From Planctomycetota bacterium (lineage in GTDB: Bacteria; Planctomycetota; PLA2; JAEUHO01), in contig CAXQZU010000030.1 of NCBI GenBank assembly GCA_964228555.1, positions 61,649 through 125,648 on the forward strand: a DNA stretch of 64,000 nucleotides. The letters run 5' to 3'. Positions within the stretch are counted from its first letter, which is position 1. The number at the start of each line of letters is the position of its first letter. Of the stretch, positions 1 to 10,645 are shown one piece after another. The notes beneath the pieces were generated by a model. That model did no database searches. It had not been told where the DNA came from and saw only the letters and a program-made list of their open reading frames with translations. The translations under genes were made by a program, and so were the position numbers.

Positions 1-830
1 CCGGCCGGGTCGAAGGCGTAGGGCTTGCCCGCGAGGCCGGCCACGCGCGTCACGATGGGACGGAACATGCTGGTGCCGAAGGGCGAGCGCTGCGCCTCGA
101 GGGCGGCCAGCACCCGCTCCATGCCGGCGCCGCAGTCGATGTTGCGCTGCGGCAGGGGCACCAGGTCGTCCACGCCGCGGCGGTCGAACTGCGTGAACAC
201 CGTGTTCCAGATCTCGACGAACCGGCCGGAGTCGTAGGCCTTGGCGCTGCCGTCGCCCACCTCGACCGAGGGCCCGTAGTCGAAGAAGATCTCGCTGCAG
301 GGCCCGCAGGGGCCGTTGGGGCCGTCCTTGGGCGCGTTGGCGGGCCAGAAGTTCTCCTTGGCGTCGAAACGCGCGATGGCGTCGCGCGAGACTCCCAGCG
401 CCAGCCAGGCCTGCAGCGCCTCGTCATCGTCCTCGTAGACGCTGATGCGCAGCCGCTTGGCGTCGAAGCCCAGCTCGCGCACGAGCAGCTCCCACGCCCA
501 GGCCACGGCCTCGCGCTTGAAGTAGTCCCCGAAGCTGAAGTGCCCCAGCATCTCGAAGAAGGTGAGGTGCCGCGGCGTGCGCCCGACGTTCTCGAGGTCG
601 CCCTGCCGCAAGCAGCGCTGCACGGTGGCCGCGCGCCGGTAGGGCAACGGCACCTTGCCGAGGAACAGGTCCTTGAACTGGTTCATGCCCGCGCCGGTGA
701 ACAGCAGCGTGGGGTCGTTGTCGGGCACCAACGACGCGCTGGGCGGCAGGGCATGCTGGCGGGCGCCGAAGAAGGCCAGCCAGCGCTCGCGCAGCTGGTC
801 GTGGGGTCGGCGGGCGGCAGGCGTGCTCAT
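1..830 (-). CDS. alaS: Alanyl-tRNA synthetase, N-terminal part (runs off the window start)
   Basis: Hand translation of the reverse strand from the ATG at 830-828 gives [62 protein letters not shown]...[19 protein letters not shown], the conserved AlaRS class II N-terminus. The frame is open to position 1. The ORF track omits it because no stop lies inside the window. Confidence 0.9.
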   Translation of the reverse strand, partial: MSTPAARRPHDQLRERWLAFFGARQHALPPSASLVPDNDPTLLFTGAGMNQFKDLFLGKVPLPYRRAATVQRCLRQGDLENVGRTPRHLTFFEMLGHFSFGDYFKREAVAWAWELLVRELGFDAKRLRISVYEDDDEALQAWLALGVSRDAIARFDAKENFWPANAPKDGPNGPCGPCSEIFFDYGPSVEVGDGSAKAYDSGRFVEIWNTVFTQFDRRGVDDLVPLPQRNIDCGAGMERVLAALEAQRSPFGTSMFRPIVTRVAGLAGKPYAFDPA

Positions 831-999
831 GGCGCGTGGCTCTCGTGCGACAGGGCCGCGACGGTAGCACGCTGCCCTCGGCACCGGCGCGCTGCGCCGG
901 GCAGCAGGCCGCACGCTCCCCGCCCGGGCACGAGGCCCGCGCGGGGAGCGCGGCGAGGCACGCTAAGGGCGTGGGCCGCGGCGCTGCGCGGCCCTGCGC

Positions 1000-2289
<1,290 letters not shown>

Positions 2290-2546
2290 CGTGTCCTCCT
2301 TGTGTCCTCGGTTGTGTTGGTTGTCTTGGGTCGTGTCGGCGTCGCTTGGCCGTGTCGTGGGTTGCTCAGGCGGCACGGGGTGCTGCCCCTCGCCGCGTCC
2401 GCTGCACCGGGGGCACCGTGCGCGGGACCTGGCCCCTGCCCGCTGGCGCGAGGTCCCGGGCCAGTGCCCGGGAAGACCTCGCGCGAGCAGGCCGGCTGGT
2501 CACGGCCGCACGGCACCGCACGGCACCTCGTGGGCCGCAGCACCTC

Positions 2547-2590
2547 TCGACGCTGCCGCCCTCGACGCTGCCTCACGTTCCAACGCTGCC
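2547..2590. repeat. Three direct repeats of (T/C)CGACGCTGCC / CAACGCTGCC in the recA upstream region
   Basis: tcgacgctgcc at 2547-2557 and 2562-2572, and caacgctgcc at 2581-2590, read directly from the sequence. They lie roughly 260-300 nt upstream of the recA start on the coding strand. Confidence 0.4.
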
Positions 2591-2659
2591 TGCTGGGACC
2601 GGGAAGGCTGGTGACGGGCCCAGCCCGCCGTCACCGGCCACCTCCACCGGCCCGGGACG

Positions 2660-3265
2660 CTAGGCGCCGCCGAGCCGATGGCTTGTCAGGTTCTTGTAAG
2701 CGTACCCGACAGGATCGGCAAGCGAAACCATAAGGTTGAGCACCGACACCCCCTCCCGCCCGTACTCGGCCCCCTGCCCCGCGGGCGTGGCCTCCAGCGC
2801 TCGGCGGGTTGGATCGGCCAGCACCTGCCCGCGCTGCAGCTTGGCGATGGTCGCGTGGGGTACGTAGGGACGCTGCCGCCGGGGGTAGCCCAGCAGCACC
2901 AAGGCCTGCTCGACGTCGCCCGCCAGCTTGGCCAGTGACCCCGCCGGCTCGGAGCGGGCCCCGGCCCACAGGTGGCGCGCCGGGTGGCGGTCCTCGAACA
3001 CGCCCAGGCCCGCGTAGCCCACCGTGAAGGGCGGGGTGCCTGCGGCGACCCCATCCAGCGCCCCCGCGAGCGCCGCCACATCGCCTTCCGGGCAGTCGCC
3101 GAGGAACTGCAGCGTGACGTGCATGTCGGCTGGCCTCACCAGCCGCAGCGCCGGGTCCTGCTCGGCCAGGCGCCGGGCCTCGCCCGCCAGCACCTCGGCG
3201 GCCGCGGGGCCCACGCGCAGCGCCACGAACAGGCGCAGCCGCGCGCTGGCACCCGCGACGCTCAC
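2660..3265 (-). CDS. thpR: RNA 2',3'-cyclic phosphodiesterase / 2'-5' RNA ligase (2H phosphoesterase family)
   Basis: It has the two H-x-T/S-x motifs (HVTLQFLG and PHATIAKL), a LigT-like length of about 200 aa, and an N-terminal RLFVAL. The GTG start overlaps the upstream gene's stop (GTGA). Confidence 0.8.
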   Translation of the reverse strand: MSVAGASARLRLFVALRVGPAAAEVLAGEARRLAEQDPALRLVRPADMHVTLQFLGDCPEGDVAALAGALDGVAAGTPPFTVGYAGLGVFEDRHPARHLWAGARSEPAGSLAKLAGDVEQALVLLGYPRRQRPYVPHATIAKLQRGQVLADPTRRALEATPAGQGAEYGREGVSVLNLMVSLADPVGYAYKNLTSHRLGGA

Positions 3266-4191
3266 GGCTGCACGAAGCGCCGCAGGTCCTCGACCCGCCG
3301 CTCGATCTGCGCACGCTGCAGGCCGCGCAAGGCGTCGAGGCTGAAGTCGCTGACCGTGAAGGACGCCATCGCCGTGCCGTAGAGCATGGCCTCGCACAGC
3401 CGGGCGGCGTCGTGGCGCGCGCTGGTGGCAGCGAAGCCCATCACGGCGCCGGCGAAGGTGTCGCCCGCGCCCGTGGGGTCCACCACCTCCTCGACGGGGA
3501 AGGAGGGCAGCGCGTAGAAACGCTCGGGGCTGAACAGGAAGGAGCCGTGCTCGCCCTTCTTCACGATCACGAAGCGCGGCCCCAGGCCGAGCAGGGCCTT
3601 GCCCGCGGCCACGAGGTTGCCCTTGCCGGTCAGCTGGCGTGCCTCGGCATCGTTGAGGAACAGCCCGTCCACGCGCGCCAGCACCTTGCGCAGCGCAGGC
3701 TGGGCCACCTGGATCCACAGGTTCATCGTGTCCATGGCCACGAGGCGCGGCCCGCCCCCCTCGGGCGGGAGCAACTGGTCCAGCACCGCGCCCTGGATGG
3801 TGGGGTCGATGTTGGCGAGGAACACGGCGCGGGCCCGGCGGAAGTCCTCGGGCAGGCGCGGCGTGAAGGTGCTCAGCACGTTGAGGTCCGTGGCCAGCGT
3901 CTGGGCCTGGTCCATCGCGCCCTCGTAGCGGCCGGCCCAGTGGAAGGTGCGGCCGTCGGCCTTCACCTCGAGGCCGCGCGTGTCGACGCCCCGCCCCTCC
4001 AGCAGCATGCGGCTGGCCGCGGGGAAGTCGGCCCCCACCACGCCCACGAGGCCCACCTTGCAGAGGCTGGAGGCGGCCACGCTGAAGTAGGTGGCACTGC
4101 CGCCCAGCAGGCCGCTGCGGCGGCCCGCCGGCGTCTCGATGTCGTCGAAGGCCAGCGTGCCCACCACGACGAGGTCGGGGATGCTGCTCAT
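3262..4191 (-). CDS. PfkB-family carbohydrate/nucleoside kinase (ribokinase-like)
   Basis: The N-terminus MSSIPDLVVVGTLAFD and the C-terminal motif DPTGAGDTFAGA are both PfkB signatures. The start ATG overlaps the stop of the upstream membrane gene (ATGA). Confidence 0.85.
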   Translation of the reverse strand: MSSIPDLVVVGTLAFDDIETPAGRRSGLLGGSATYFSVAASSLCKVGLVGVVGADFPAASRMLLEGRGVDTRGLEVKADGRTFHWAGRYEGAMDQAQTLATDLNVLSTFTPRLPEDFRRARAVFLANIDPTIQGAVLDQLLPPEGGGPRLVAMDTMNLWIQVAQPALRKVLARVDGLFLNDAEARQLTGKGNLVAAGKALLGLGPRFVIVKKGEHGSFLFSPERFYALPSFPVEEVVDPTGAGDTFAGAVMGFAATSARHDAARLCEAMLYGTAMASFTVSDFSLDALRGLQRAQIERRVEDLRRFVQP

Positions 4192-5417
4192 GCGCTCGCC
4201 TCCTTGCCCGGCACGCCGGTCGAGCCTGCCGGCCCGCCCGCCCGCGCGAGGTCCTCGGCCATGCTGCCCGGGCGGTGCGCGCCACGCTGCGCAGCCCACA
4301 ACAGACCCCCCGGCAGGCTCACGGCCACCTGCGCGAGGCGCAGCAGCACCGAGAGCATCACGGCCTCGGTGGAGGCCACGCCGAAGGGCGCCAGCAGCCA
4401 CGCGTAGGCCAGCTCGCCCACGCCCCAGCCCCCGGGCAGCAGCGGCAGCGCGCCGGCCAGGCTGGCCAGCGGCACGACGATCAGGAACGGCGTGAAGCCC
4501 AGCCCGGCAGCGCCTCCACCCAGCGCATCGGCCAGCAGCATGGCAGCCACCACGAGGCCGGCGTGGTTGGCGAGCGACAGTCCCAGCGCCAGCAGCACCA
4601 GCCCGGGACGGCTGCGATAGGAGGCCAGCGCGCGGCCCGCCTCCTCGCGCAGCGAGGCCAGCGGCAGCAGGCGGCCCAGCAACGCGAGTCCCAGCCAGCG
4701 CCGCACGCGAGCCGAGAGCAGCACGGCGGCCAGCACGCTGCCGGAGGCCAGCGCCACGACCACCAGGGTGCGCAGCGCGGCATACGGATCGTGGCCGCCG
4801 GCGCCGGGCTGCGGCACCACCAGCACCAGCGCCAGGCCCGCCAGCAGCACCAGCCCGAACAGGCCCACGAAGCGATCGAAGATCACGGAGACCACCGCGC
4901 GCGTGCCGGAGCCCAGCCTGCGCGCGGCGTACCACGCCTTGACGATGTCGCCGCCCGTGGCGCCCGGCACCGCAATGTTGAAGAACAGGCCCACGAAGGT
5001 GAGGCGCAGCGCCGTGGCAAAGCCCAGCGGCAGCCCCAGCGCGCGCACGAGCAGCTGCCAGCGCCACGCCGTCAGCACGATGAGGGCCAGCAGTCCCGCC
5101 AGCACGAGGGCCACGAGCGGCAGCCTGTTGCCCAGCCGCTCCAGGAGGCTGGCGAGGCCCAGCCGCAGGTCGGCCTCGGAGCCCTGCCCAGGCCGTCCCG
5201 CCACGCGCGAGGACACGATGACCTCGACCGCGGCGCCTGCCTCCCGAGGCTGCACCTCCCAGCCCCCGGCCACGGGACGCACGCGGCCCTCACGCACGGA
5301 TCCGTCGGCGAGGTGCAGGCTGTCGTGCCAGCGCACCTGCGTGACGAGCACGAGGGCCACGAGGCCCAGCCCGGCCAGCCTCAGTCCCCACCGAACCAAC
5401 GACCGCGCGACCGGCAC
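4188..5417 (-). CDS. Flippase-like / lysylphosphatidylglycerol-synthase transmembrane-domain family membrane protein (UPF0104)
   Basis: It is a polytopic membrane protein with about 8 predicted helices and a GLFFNIAVPGATGGDIVKAWY motif typical of the flippase-like domain family. The start is GTG. Confidence 0.6.
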   Translation of the reverse strand: MPVARSLVRWGLRLAGLGLVALVLVTQVRWHDSLHLADGSVREGRVRPVAGGWEVQPREAGAAVEVIVSSRVAGRPGQGSEADLRLGLASLLERLGNRLPLVALVLAGLLALIVLTAWRWQLLVRALGLPLGFATALRLTFVGLFFNIAVPGATGGDIVKAWYAARRLGSGTRAVVSVIFDRFVGLFGLVLLAGLALVLVVPQPGAGGHDPYAALRTLVVVALASGSVLAAVLLSARVRRWLGLALLGRLLPLASLREEAGRALASYRSRPGLVLLALGLSLANHAGLVVAAMLLADALGGGAAGLGFTPFLIVVPLASLAGALPLLPGGWGVGELAYAWLLAPFGVASTEAVMLSVLLRLAQVAVSLPGGLLWAAQRGAHRPGSMAEDLARAGGPAGSTGVPGKEASA

Positions 5418-5422
5418 CCGGG

Positions 5423-6484
5423 CTAGCCGGCCGGCACCGCGGCGGCGGCGTCCTCGGGGAAGGCCACGCCGGGCCAGCGCTCGCGCGCCCAGCGCTGCCA
5501 GGGCCCGGCCCGATGGCCGAGGTCCTCGCCGGCCACGCGCGTGAGGCCCTGGCGCGCCTTCCAGCGCACGCTGCCGTCGACGTCCTGCAGCAGGGCGACA
5601 AGCGCCTCCACGGAAGCCGGCGAGGCCACGGACCCCAGGTAGTCGGCGGCCTCGCCGCGCACGGTGGGGCTCACCTCCAGCGGCAGGCGCGTGCGCACGG
5701 CCTCCACGCTGCCGGGCTCGCGCAGCACGCGCAGGCCACGCAAGGCGTCGGCGCGCACGAAGTCGGCCGGGCCCTCGATGGCAGCGGTCAGGCCGTAGAC
5801 GATGGCCTGCCGCATCACCTTGACGACGGCCGTGTCGATGGCGGTGCGCACCTCGGGGTCGCGCTCGTCCACCAGGCCCGGCGTCGTGCCGAAGAACTGC
5901 AGGGCCTTCTTGGCGTAGACGCCCGGCTCGTACTGGAACGACCCGATCACGGCCACGGCCCCTGCCAGCCGCGAGCGGCCTGCGGCTCCCTCAGCCAGCA
6001 GCCCACTCACCTCGGCCAGCGCGGCGGCCAGGCGCGTGCCGTCGTCCAGCGGCCCGCGCGCGGCGTAGCGCGGCAGGCGCGCGCCCAGCCTCGCCAGCGA
6101 GCAGGCCGCCTGGCTGCGCGCCAGCGCGGAGGCGTCCTCCAGCAGCACCTCCAGCATCAAGGCCACGGTGTTGGCGAGGCCCTCGAGGCGGCCGTACTCG
6201 GCGCCGCCCAGGCGGGTGATGGCATCGATGTTCTTGTCCACGAGGTAGGGATCGTCGCCCATCCGGTAGGCGAACGACTCAGGGTCGCGGCTCCCCTGCA
6301 GCACGCCGAAGTAGTGCGACGGCGCCCGCTGGCCTCCCAGCAGGTCGTAGTAGACCTGTCCGAGGATGTCGCCGCCCCCGCTGAGCTTCTTCTGCTTGTT
6401 GCTGCAGCCGCCGCCCAGCAGCAGCGCGAGCGCCAGCACGAGCAGGCGGCCCGGGGTGGTCATGCGCGGCGTCACGCGCCCCAT
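5423..6484 (-). CDS. Lipoprotein with HEAT-like helical repeats
   Basis: Signal peptide with lipobox LLGGGCS. It contains repeated helical units such as DGSVRWKARQGLTRV. The likely true start is MTTPG at 6463. It sits 6 nt upstream of the flippase-like gene. Confidence 0.55.
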   Translation of the reverse strand: MGRVTPRMTTPGRLLVLALALLLGGGCSNKQKKLSGGGDILGQVYYDLLGGQRAPSHYFGVLQGSRDPESFAYRMGDDPYLVDKNIDAITRLGGAEYGRLEGLANTVALMLEVLLEDASALARSQAACSLARLGARLPRYAARGPLDDGTRLAAALAEVSGLLAEGAAGRSRLAGAVAVIGSFQYEPGVYAKKALQFFGTTPGLVDERDPEVRTAIDTAVVKVMRQAIVYGLTAAIEGPADFVRADALRGLRVLREPGSVEAVRTRLPLEVSPTVRGEAADYLGSVASPASVEALVALLQDVDGSVRWKARQGLTRVAGEDLGHRAGPWQRWARERWPGVAFPEDAAAAVPAG

Positions 6485-6562
6485 GCTACGCCACGCACGC
6501 CCCGTCCCCGCATCCGCCGGACGACACGCGCCGGGGTAGATTCACGCAGGCTTGGAGGCTGC

Positions 6563-8380
6563 ATGGCACGACATCGCTCCCCCTGCAGTCGCGGGCCGAT
6601 CGCGCGGGCGCTGCCCCCGCTGCTTGTGCTGGCATGGCTGGCCGCCGGCGGCTGTGGCGGTGGCGGCGGCTCAGCGCCGGAAGGCACCTACCTCGGCGTC
6701 GTGGCGCGCACGGTGCCGACCGAGGTGGCCGTGGCGTTCACCAACCCGCTGGGGGCCGTGGCCACGCTCACGGAGCCCGCGCCCGGCGCGCCCTTCCGGG
6801 TGCGCGAGGGCCTGCTGCCGCTGGAGGTCGGGGCCGGCGCCACGGTCTCCCTGCCGGTGGCGTGCACCCCCACCAGCGACGGGGCCCAGCAGGGCACGCT
6901 GACCTTGCTGTGGCAGGGCGCCAGCGCGAGCAGCACGACGTCCCATGTGCTGCGGGCCACGGCCGAGACGGTCAGGCTCGTGGCCAGCCCGCAGGTGCTG
7001 GACTTCGGCGTGGTAGCGGCAGGCGCGACCTCGGACCTCGTGCTTTCCCTCTCCAATCCCAGCGCCCTCAGCCCGGTGACGCTGAACGAGGTGCTGCCCG
7101 CGGGCGAGGGCCTCTCGCTCACCACCAGCCTGCCCCTCACGGTGCCGCCCGGCGGCACGGGCGCACTGGGCCTGCGGCTGGTGTCCGCGTCGGGAGGCGC
7201 GCTGGACGGCAGCCTCGCCGTGGGCCCCTCCGACGCAGGCGCCGGGCTGACGGTGCAGGTCTCCGCCAACCGCGCCGCGCGCCAGGACCTCATCGACTTC
7301 GGCATCGTGGCGTTGCAGGGCAGCCTGACGCCGACGCTCTCCGTCTTCGTGCCCGAGGACGCCATCTCGCTGACCGTGCAGGCGCGCTCGAGCACGCCCA
7401 GCGCGCGGCTGGGGCTGGAGGAGCTGCGCGGGCCGGGCGAGCGGGTCTACGAGGCCCCGGGCGCCGACTCGGCCTACCGCTGGGTGGCATGCACCGAGGC
7501 CTTCGCCTGCCAGGTGCCCAACACCGACCAGCCGGGGCTGCAGCTGGTGGCGGGTGGCGGGACGTACTCGTTCCGCCTGCGGGCCGACGGTGCCTACGGG
7601 CCCGGCATCGAGGTGCGTGCCATCGTGGAGCGACGCCCCGCCGGCACGTCCCCGGCCAGCGTGCTGGACCTGAACGTGTGGCTGGCGCAGGCGTTGCCTG
7701 CCAAGGCCAGCACGGCCGCCGGCGACGTGCGCCTGCAGGAGATCCTCGCGACGCTGGACAGCGTGCTGCAAGGGCAGGGCATCCGCCTCGGTGCGATCGA
7801 CTACTACGATGTCACCGACCCGCGCTTCGACATGGTCTCCGAGCCCGAGTTCCCCGAGATGCTGCGCCTGACCGCGGCGGCCACCCATGTGCGGCTCAAC
7901 CTCTTCTTCGTGGTGCAGGCGCACTCCGGCGCGGTCACGGGCGTGGCCGGGACCATCACCGGACCCAGCCTCAACGGCACGGCCGTCTCCGGCGTGATGT
8001 GCCAGTACGACGGGCTGGACACGGTGCGCCTGGGCACGGTGGCCGCCCACGAGATCGGGCACTACCTCGGCCTGTGGCACACCACCGAGCAGGGCGGGTC
8101 GCACGACGCGATGGACGACACGCTGCCCTGCCCCACCTACGGCACCGTGGGCTCCTGCGGCGCCCCGGGCGGCGGCTACCTGATGTTCTGGCTGATCAAC
8201 GGCCCCACGACCATCACGGACGGCCAGGGTCGGGTGATCCGCGGCCATGCCCTCGTGGCCCCGGACCTCGAGCCGCCCAGCAAGCGGCGGGCGGCCCCTG
8301 CCTGGGTGGCCACGGTGGACCCCAGCCTGCCCGCCGGCTGGTGCGGCACCTGCCAGGCCCTCGAGCGCACGGGCCGATAG
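6563..8380 (+). CDS. M43 (cytophagalysin/pappalysin-like) metzincin lipoprotein with N-terminal beta-sandwich repeats
   Basis: Lipobox LAAGGCGG. The HEIGHYLGLWHTTEQGG motif is the HExxHxxGxxH metzincin signature with an M43-like context. Repeated LDFG(V/I)VA..G units indicate DUF1573/ASH-like beta-sandwich repeats. Confidence 0.8.
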   Translation: MARHRSPCSRGPIARALPPLLVLAWLAAGGCGGGGGSAPEGTYLGVVARTVPTEVAVAFTNPLGAVATLTEPAPGAPFRVREGLLPLEVGAGATVSLPVACTPTSDGAQQGTLTLLWQGASASSTTSHVLRATAETVRLVASPQVLDFGVVAAGATSDLVLSLSNPSALSPVTLNEVLPAGEGLSLTTSLPLTVPPGGTGALGLRLVSASGGALDGSLAVGPSDAGAGLTVQVSANRAARQDLIDFGIVALQGSLTPTLSVFVPEDAISLTVQARSSTPSARLGLEELRGPGERVYEAPGADSAYRWVACTEAFACQVPNTDQPGLQLVAGGGTYSFRLRADGAYGPGIEVRAIVERRPAGTSPASVLDLNVWLAQALPAKASTAAGDVRLQEILATLDSVLQGQGIRLGAIDYYDVTDPRFDMVSEPEFPEMLRLTAAATHVRLNLFFVVQAHSGAVTGVAGTITGPSLNGTAVSGVMCQYDGLDTVRLGTVAAHEIGHYLGLWHTTEQGGSHDAMDDTLPCPTYGTVGSCGAPGGGYLMFWLINGPTTITDGQGRVIRGHALVAPDLEPPSKRRAAPAWVATVDPSLPAGWCGTCQALERTGR

Positions 8381-8398
8381 CCCCGGCCTGCGCCGGGG
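8381..8398 (+). terminator. GC-rich hairpin immediately after the M43 gene stop (ccccggc-ctgc-gccgggg)
   Basis: A 7-bp perfect stem with a 4-nt loop sits 1 nt after TAG. There is no U-tract, which is common in high-GC genomes. Confidence 0.3.
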
Positions 8399-8558
8399 GC
8401 GCGCCGCGGGAGTCCCGGGTAACGCCCCGCCACCCGCCCGTCACGCAAGGCCGCCCCCTCGGGCTCCGCCGCCCGCCCGCCAGCCGCCGCTTGATGCTTG
8501 CGGCAGGCCCATGTCGGGCATACGGTTTGGAGTAGTGCAGGCACCTCGGAGGTTCCCC

Positions 8559-10571
8559 ATGCTGCGACTGCGTCCTTGGATCGTGGCCCTGATCGTCGCG
8601 GGCCCCGTGCTCGCGCTCGGCACCCAGGCCGACTCCTGCATCCGCTTCAAGAAGCCCGGCGGCTCGGTGCCGCCCGGCGTGCGTGAGCCCAACGACCCCA
8701 AGGCCCCGCCGCCTCCCGGCGAGCCCACCGACCCGGTGCCGGAGGCCACGGCGCCCGCCGAGCCGGGCAAGGTGGTCACGCCCCCCAGCGTGAAGACGCC
8801 TCCGCCGGTCAACACCCCCAGCAGCGGTCCCACCACGGGCGGCGACGGCCCCCAGCGTGGCAAGCAGGCGCAGGACGACACCACCTGGGAGACCTGGTGG
8901 GAGCTCAACCGCATCGAGTTCTTCCCCCGCCGCTGGGTGGCCCCCGTCACGACCAATGACGGCCCCCGTCGCTCCGGCCCTGACCACGTGAGCCCGCAGC
9001 TAGTCGAGCAGAAGCTGTTCCCCGTGCTGCGCAAGCTGGTCGAGGACAAGCAGGTCTTCGTGAAGGAGGCCGCGCTGATCACGATGGGTCGCGTGGCCGC
9101 GACGGCCGAGCAGAAGGCCGAGGCCCGCGAGATCCTGCTCAAGAAGATCGCGGACAAGAACCACCTCGTGGCCCGCGCGGCCGCGCTGGGCCTCTTCTAC
9201 GTGGCCGACGACAGCTCGATGCTGGCGATGTACCGCGTCGCGCGCGACCCCAAGGCCGAGGAGGACGTGCGCGCCTTCCTCGCCCTGACGATCACCGCGC
9301 TCAAGGACAACGCCGAGGGCGGCACGGCCTCCCAGATGGCCGGCGAGCTGCTCAAGGAGCTGGCGCTGGCCGAGTCGTCCAGCTTCGAGGTGGCCGCGGC
9401 CGCCTACATGGCGCTGGGCTACACCGGCACCGAGAGCGACCCCTCGCTGCCCGAGTTCCTCGAGGCCGAGTCGAAGAACAAGGCGCGGCGCGCCGAGTTC
9501 CGCGCCGAGGCCGTCGAGTCGCTGGGCCGCCTCGGTTCCTTCGACCTGGCCCACGAGCGCCTGCGCAAGGCCCTCTCGGACAAGGCCGAGGACGTGCGCC
9601 GCAGCGCGGCCATCGCGCTGGGCGTGCTCGACTACCGCACGGCGGCCGAGCGCAAGATCGCGGGCATCCGCGCCCCCTACGACGCCTACGTGGGCGTGCC
9701 GGTCTCGCCTGAGCACGACGCCGAGATCAAGGCCTTGGAGGCCCTGATCCCCGCCCAGCGTCTCGAGATGAGCCGCGGCGTGAAGGACGTGGTGCGCGAC
9801 CTCGCCGAGGCGATGGTCAAGGACAGCGACACCTTCGTGAACCGCATGGCGGCCGTCAGCCTGGGCCGCATCGCGGCAGCCACGCAGAACCCCGACGCCA
9901 TCAAGCACCTCGAGGCGGTCTACAAGAAGGACGCCGTCGGCCAGCGCGAGTTCAACCTGCTGGCGCTCGCCATCGCCAAGGCGCCCAGCGCCTTCGACCT
10001 CGCCAGCGAGGCCCTGCAGGGCAAGAACAAGCCGCCGACGACCCGCGGCGCGGCGTGCATCGCCTTCGGCCTGCTGGGCGACCCGCGCGCCGATGCGCTG
10101 ATGCGCACGGTGGTGGACACCGACCCGCACCCGTACATCCGCGGCTACGCGGCCCTGGGCCTGGGCATGGTGGGCACGCCCGGCTCGGCCAAGAGCATCC
10201 AGCAGATGCTGCGCACGACGCGGTCGCCCGTGTCCCGCGCCTACGCGGCGCTGGGCCTGGCCCTGCTGGGCACCAACCAGGCGGCCGACGACATCGTGGC
10301 CATCCTCAAGACGGACGAGGTGCGCGACGGCTTCGTGGCCAGCCACATGGTCTATGCGCTGGGCCTCACCAAGGACCGCCGGGCGTCCACCTTCGACACG
10401 CTGCTGGAGAAGGCCCAGGACGACAGCGACATGTACGTGCAGTCGGCGACGGTCGCGGCCATCGGCTACCTGGCCACGGGCGAGTTCTATCCCAAGCGCC
10501 ACCTGATGGCGAAGGGCTTCAACTACCTGATGAACCTCGACCTCGTCTCGAACTACTTCTACAAGCTCTAG
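8559..10571 (+). CDS. Secreted HEAT-repeat protein (PBS-lyase HEAT-like repeats) with a Pro-rich N-terminal linker
   Basis: ATG at 8559 with GGAGG 6-7 nt upstream, followed by signal peptide MLRLRPWIVALIVAGPVLALG. There are more than 10 repeated units of the (A)..ALG.....A...L...L.D.d..VR..Aa.aLg type. Confidence 0.75.
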   Translation: MLRLRPWIVALIVAGPVLALGTQADSCIRFKKPGGSVPPGVREPNDPKAPPPPGEPTDPVPEATAPAEPGKVVTPPSVKTPPPVNTPSSGPTTGGDGPQRGKQAQDDTTWETWWELNRIEFFPRRWVAPVTTNDGPRRSGPDHVSPQLVEQKLFPVLRKLVEDKQVFVKEAALITMGRVAATAEQKAEAREILLKKIADKNHLVARAAALGLFYVADDSSMLAMYRVARDPKAEEDVRAFLALTITALKDNAEGGTASQMAGELLKELALAESSSFEVAAAAYMALGYTGTESDPSLPEFLEAESKNKARRAEFRAEAVESLGRLGSFDLAHERLRKALSDKAEDVRRSAAIALGVLDYRTAAERKIAGIRAPYDAYVGVPVSPEHDAEIKALEALIPAQRLEMSRGVKDVVRDLAEAMVKDSDTFVNRMAAVSLGRIAAATQNPDAIKHLEAVYKKDAVGQREFNLLALAIAKAPSAFDLASEALQGKNKPPTTRGAACIAFGLLGDPRADALMRTVVDTDPHPYIRGYAALGLGMVGTPGSAKSIQQMLRTTRSPVSRAYAALGLALLGTNQAADDIVAILKTDEVRDGFVASHMVYALGLTKDRRASTFDTLLEKAQDDSDMYVQSATVAAIGYLATGEFYPKRHLMAKGFNYLMNLDLVSNYFYKL

Positions 10572-10586
10572 TCGAGACAGCCGCTG

Positions 10587-10638
10587 CGGCCCGCGAGGGC
10601 CGGTCCTCCACGGGCGCGGGCCGCAAGGCCTGCGCCCG
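10587..10638. terminator. Two hairpins between convergent genes: cggccc-GCGA-gggccg (GNRA loop) and cgggcgc...gcgcccg
   Basis: Read from the sequence between the stop at 10571 (+ strand) and the stop at 10646 (- strand). It may be a bidirectional terminator. Confidence 0.3.
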
Positions 10639-10645
10639 TGCTCGT

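Noticed and set aside
2291-2660. LexA/SOS box upstream of recA
   Set aside because: I could not find a GTTC-containing palindrome of the Myxococcus/delta-type (CTRHAMRYBYGTTCAGS) or a Gram-positive or alpha-type box. Only the direct repeats reported above are present. A computational motif search is needed.
5513-8380. Very long track ORFs (e.g. 5513..8380 +, 6634..8535 +, 6671..8248 -, 10519..11478 -, 33624..34718 +, 36393..37436 -, 19231..21324 -)
   Set aside because: These are antisense or off-frame products typical of 72% GC DNA. They are Arg/Ala/Pro/Gly-rich, lack motifs, and overlap motif-bearing genes on the other strand or frame. Only the in-frame portion with recognisable domains was called, for example M43 from 6563.
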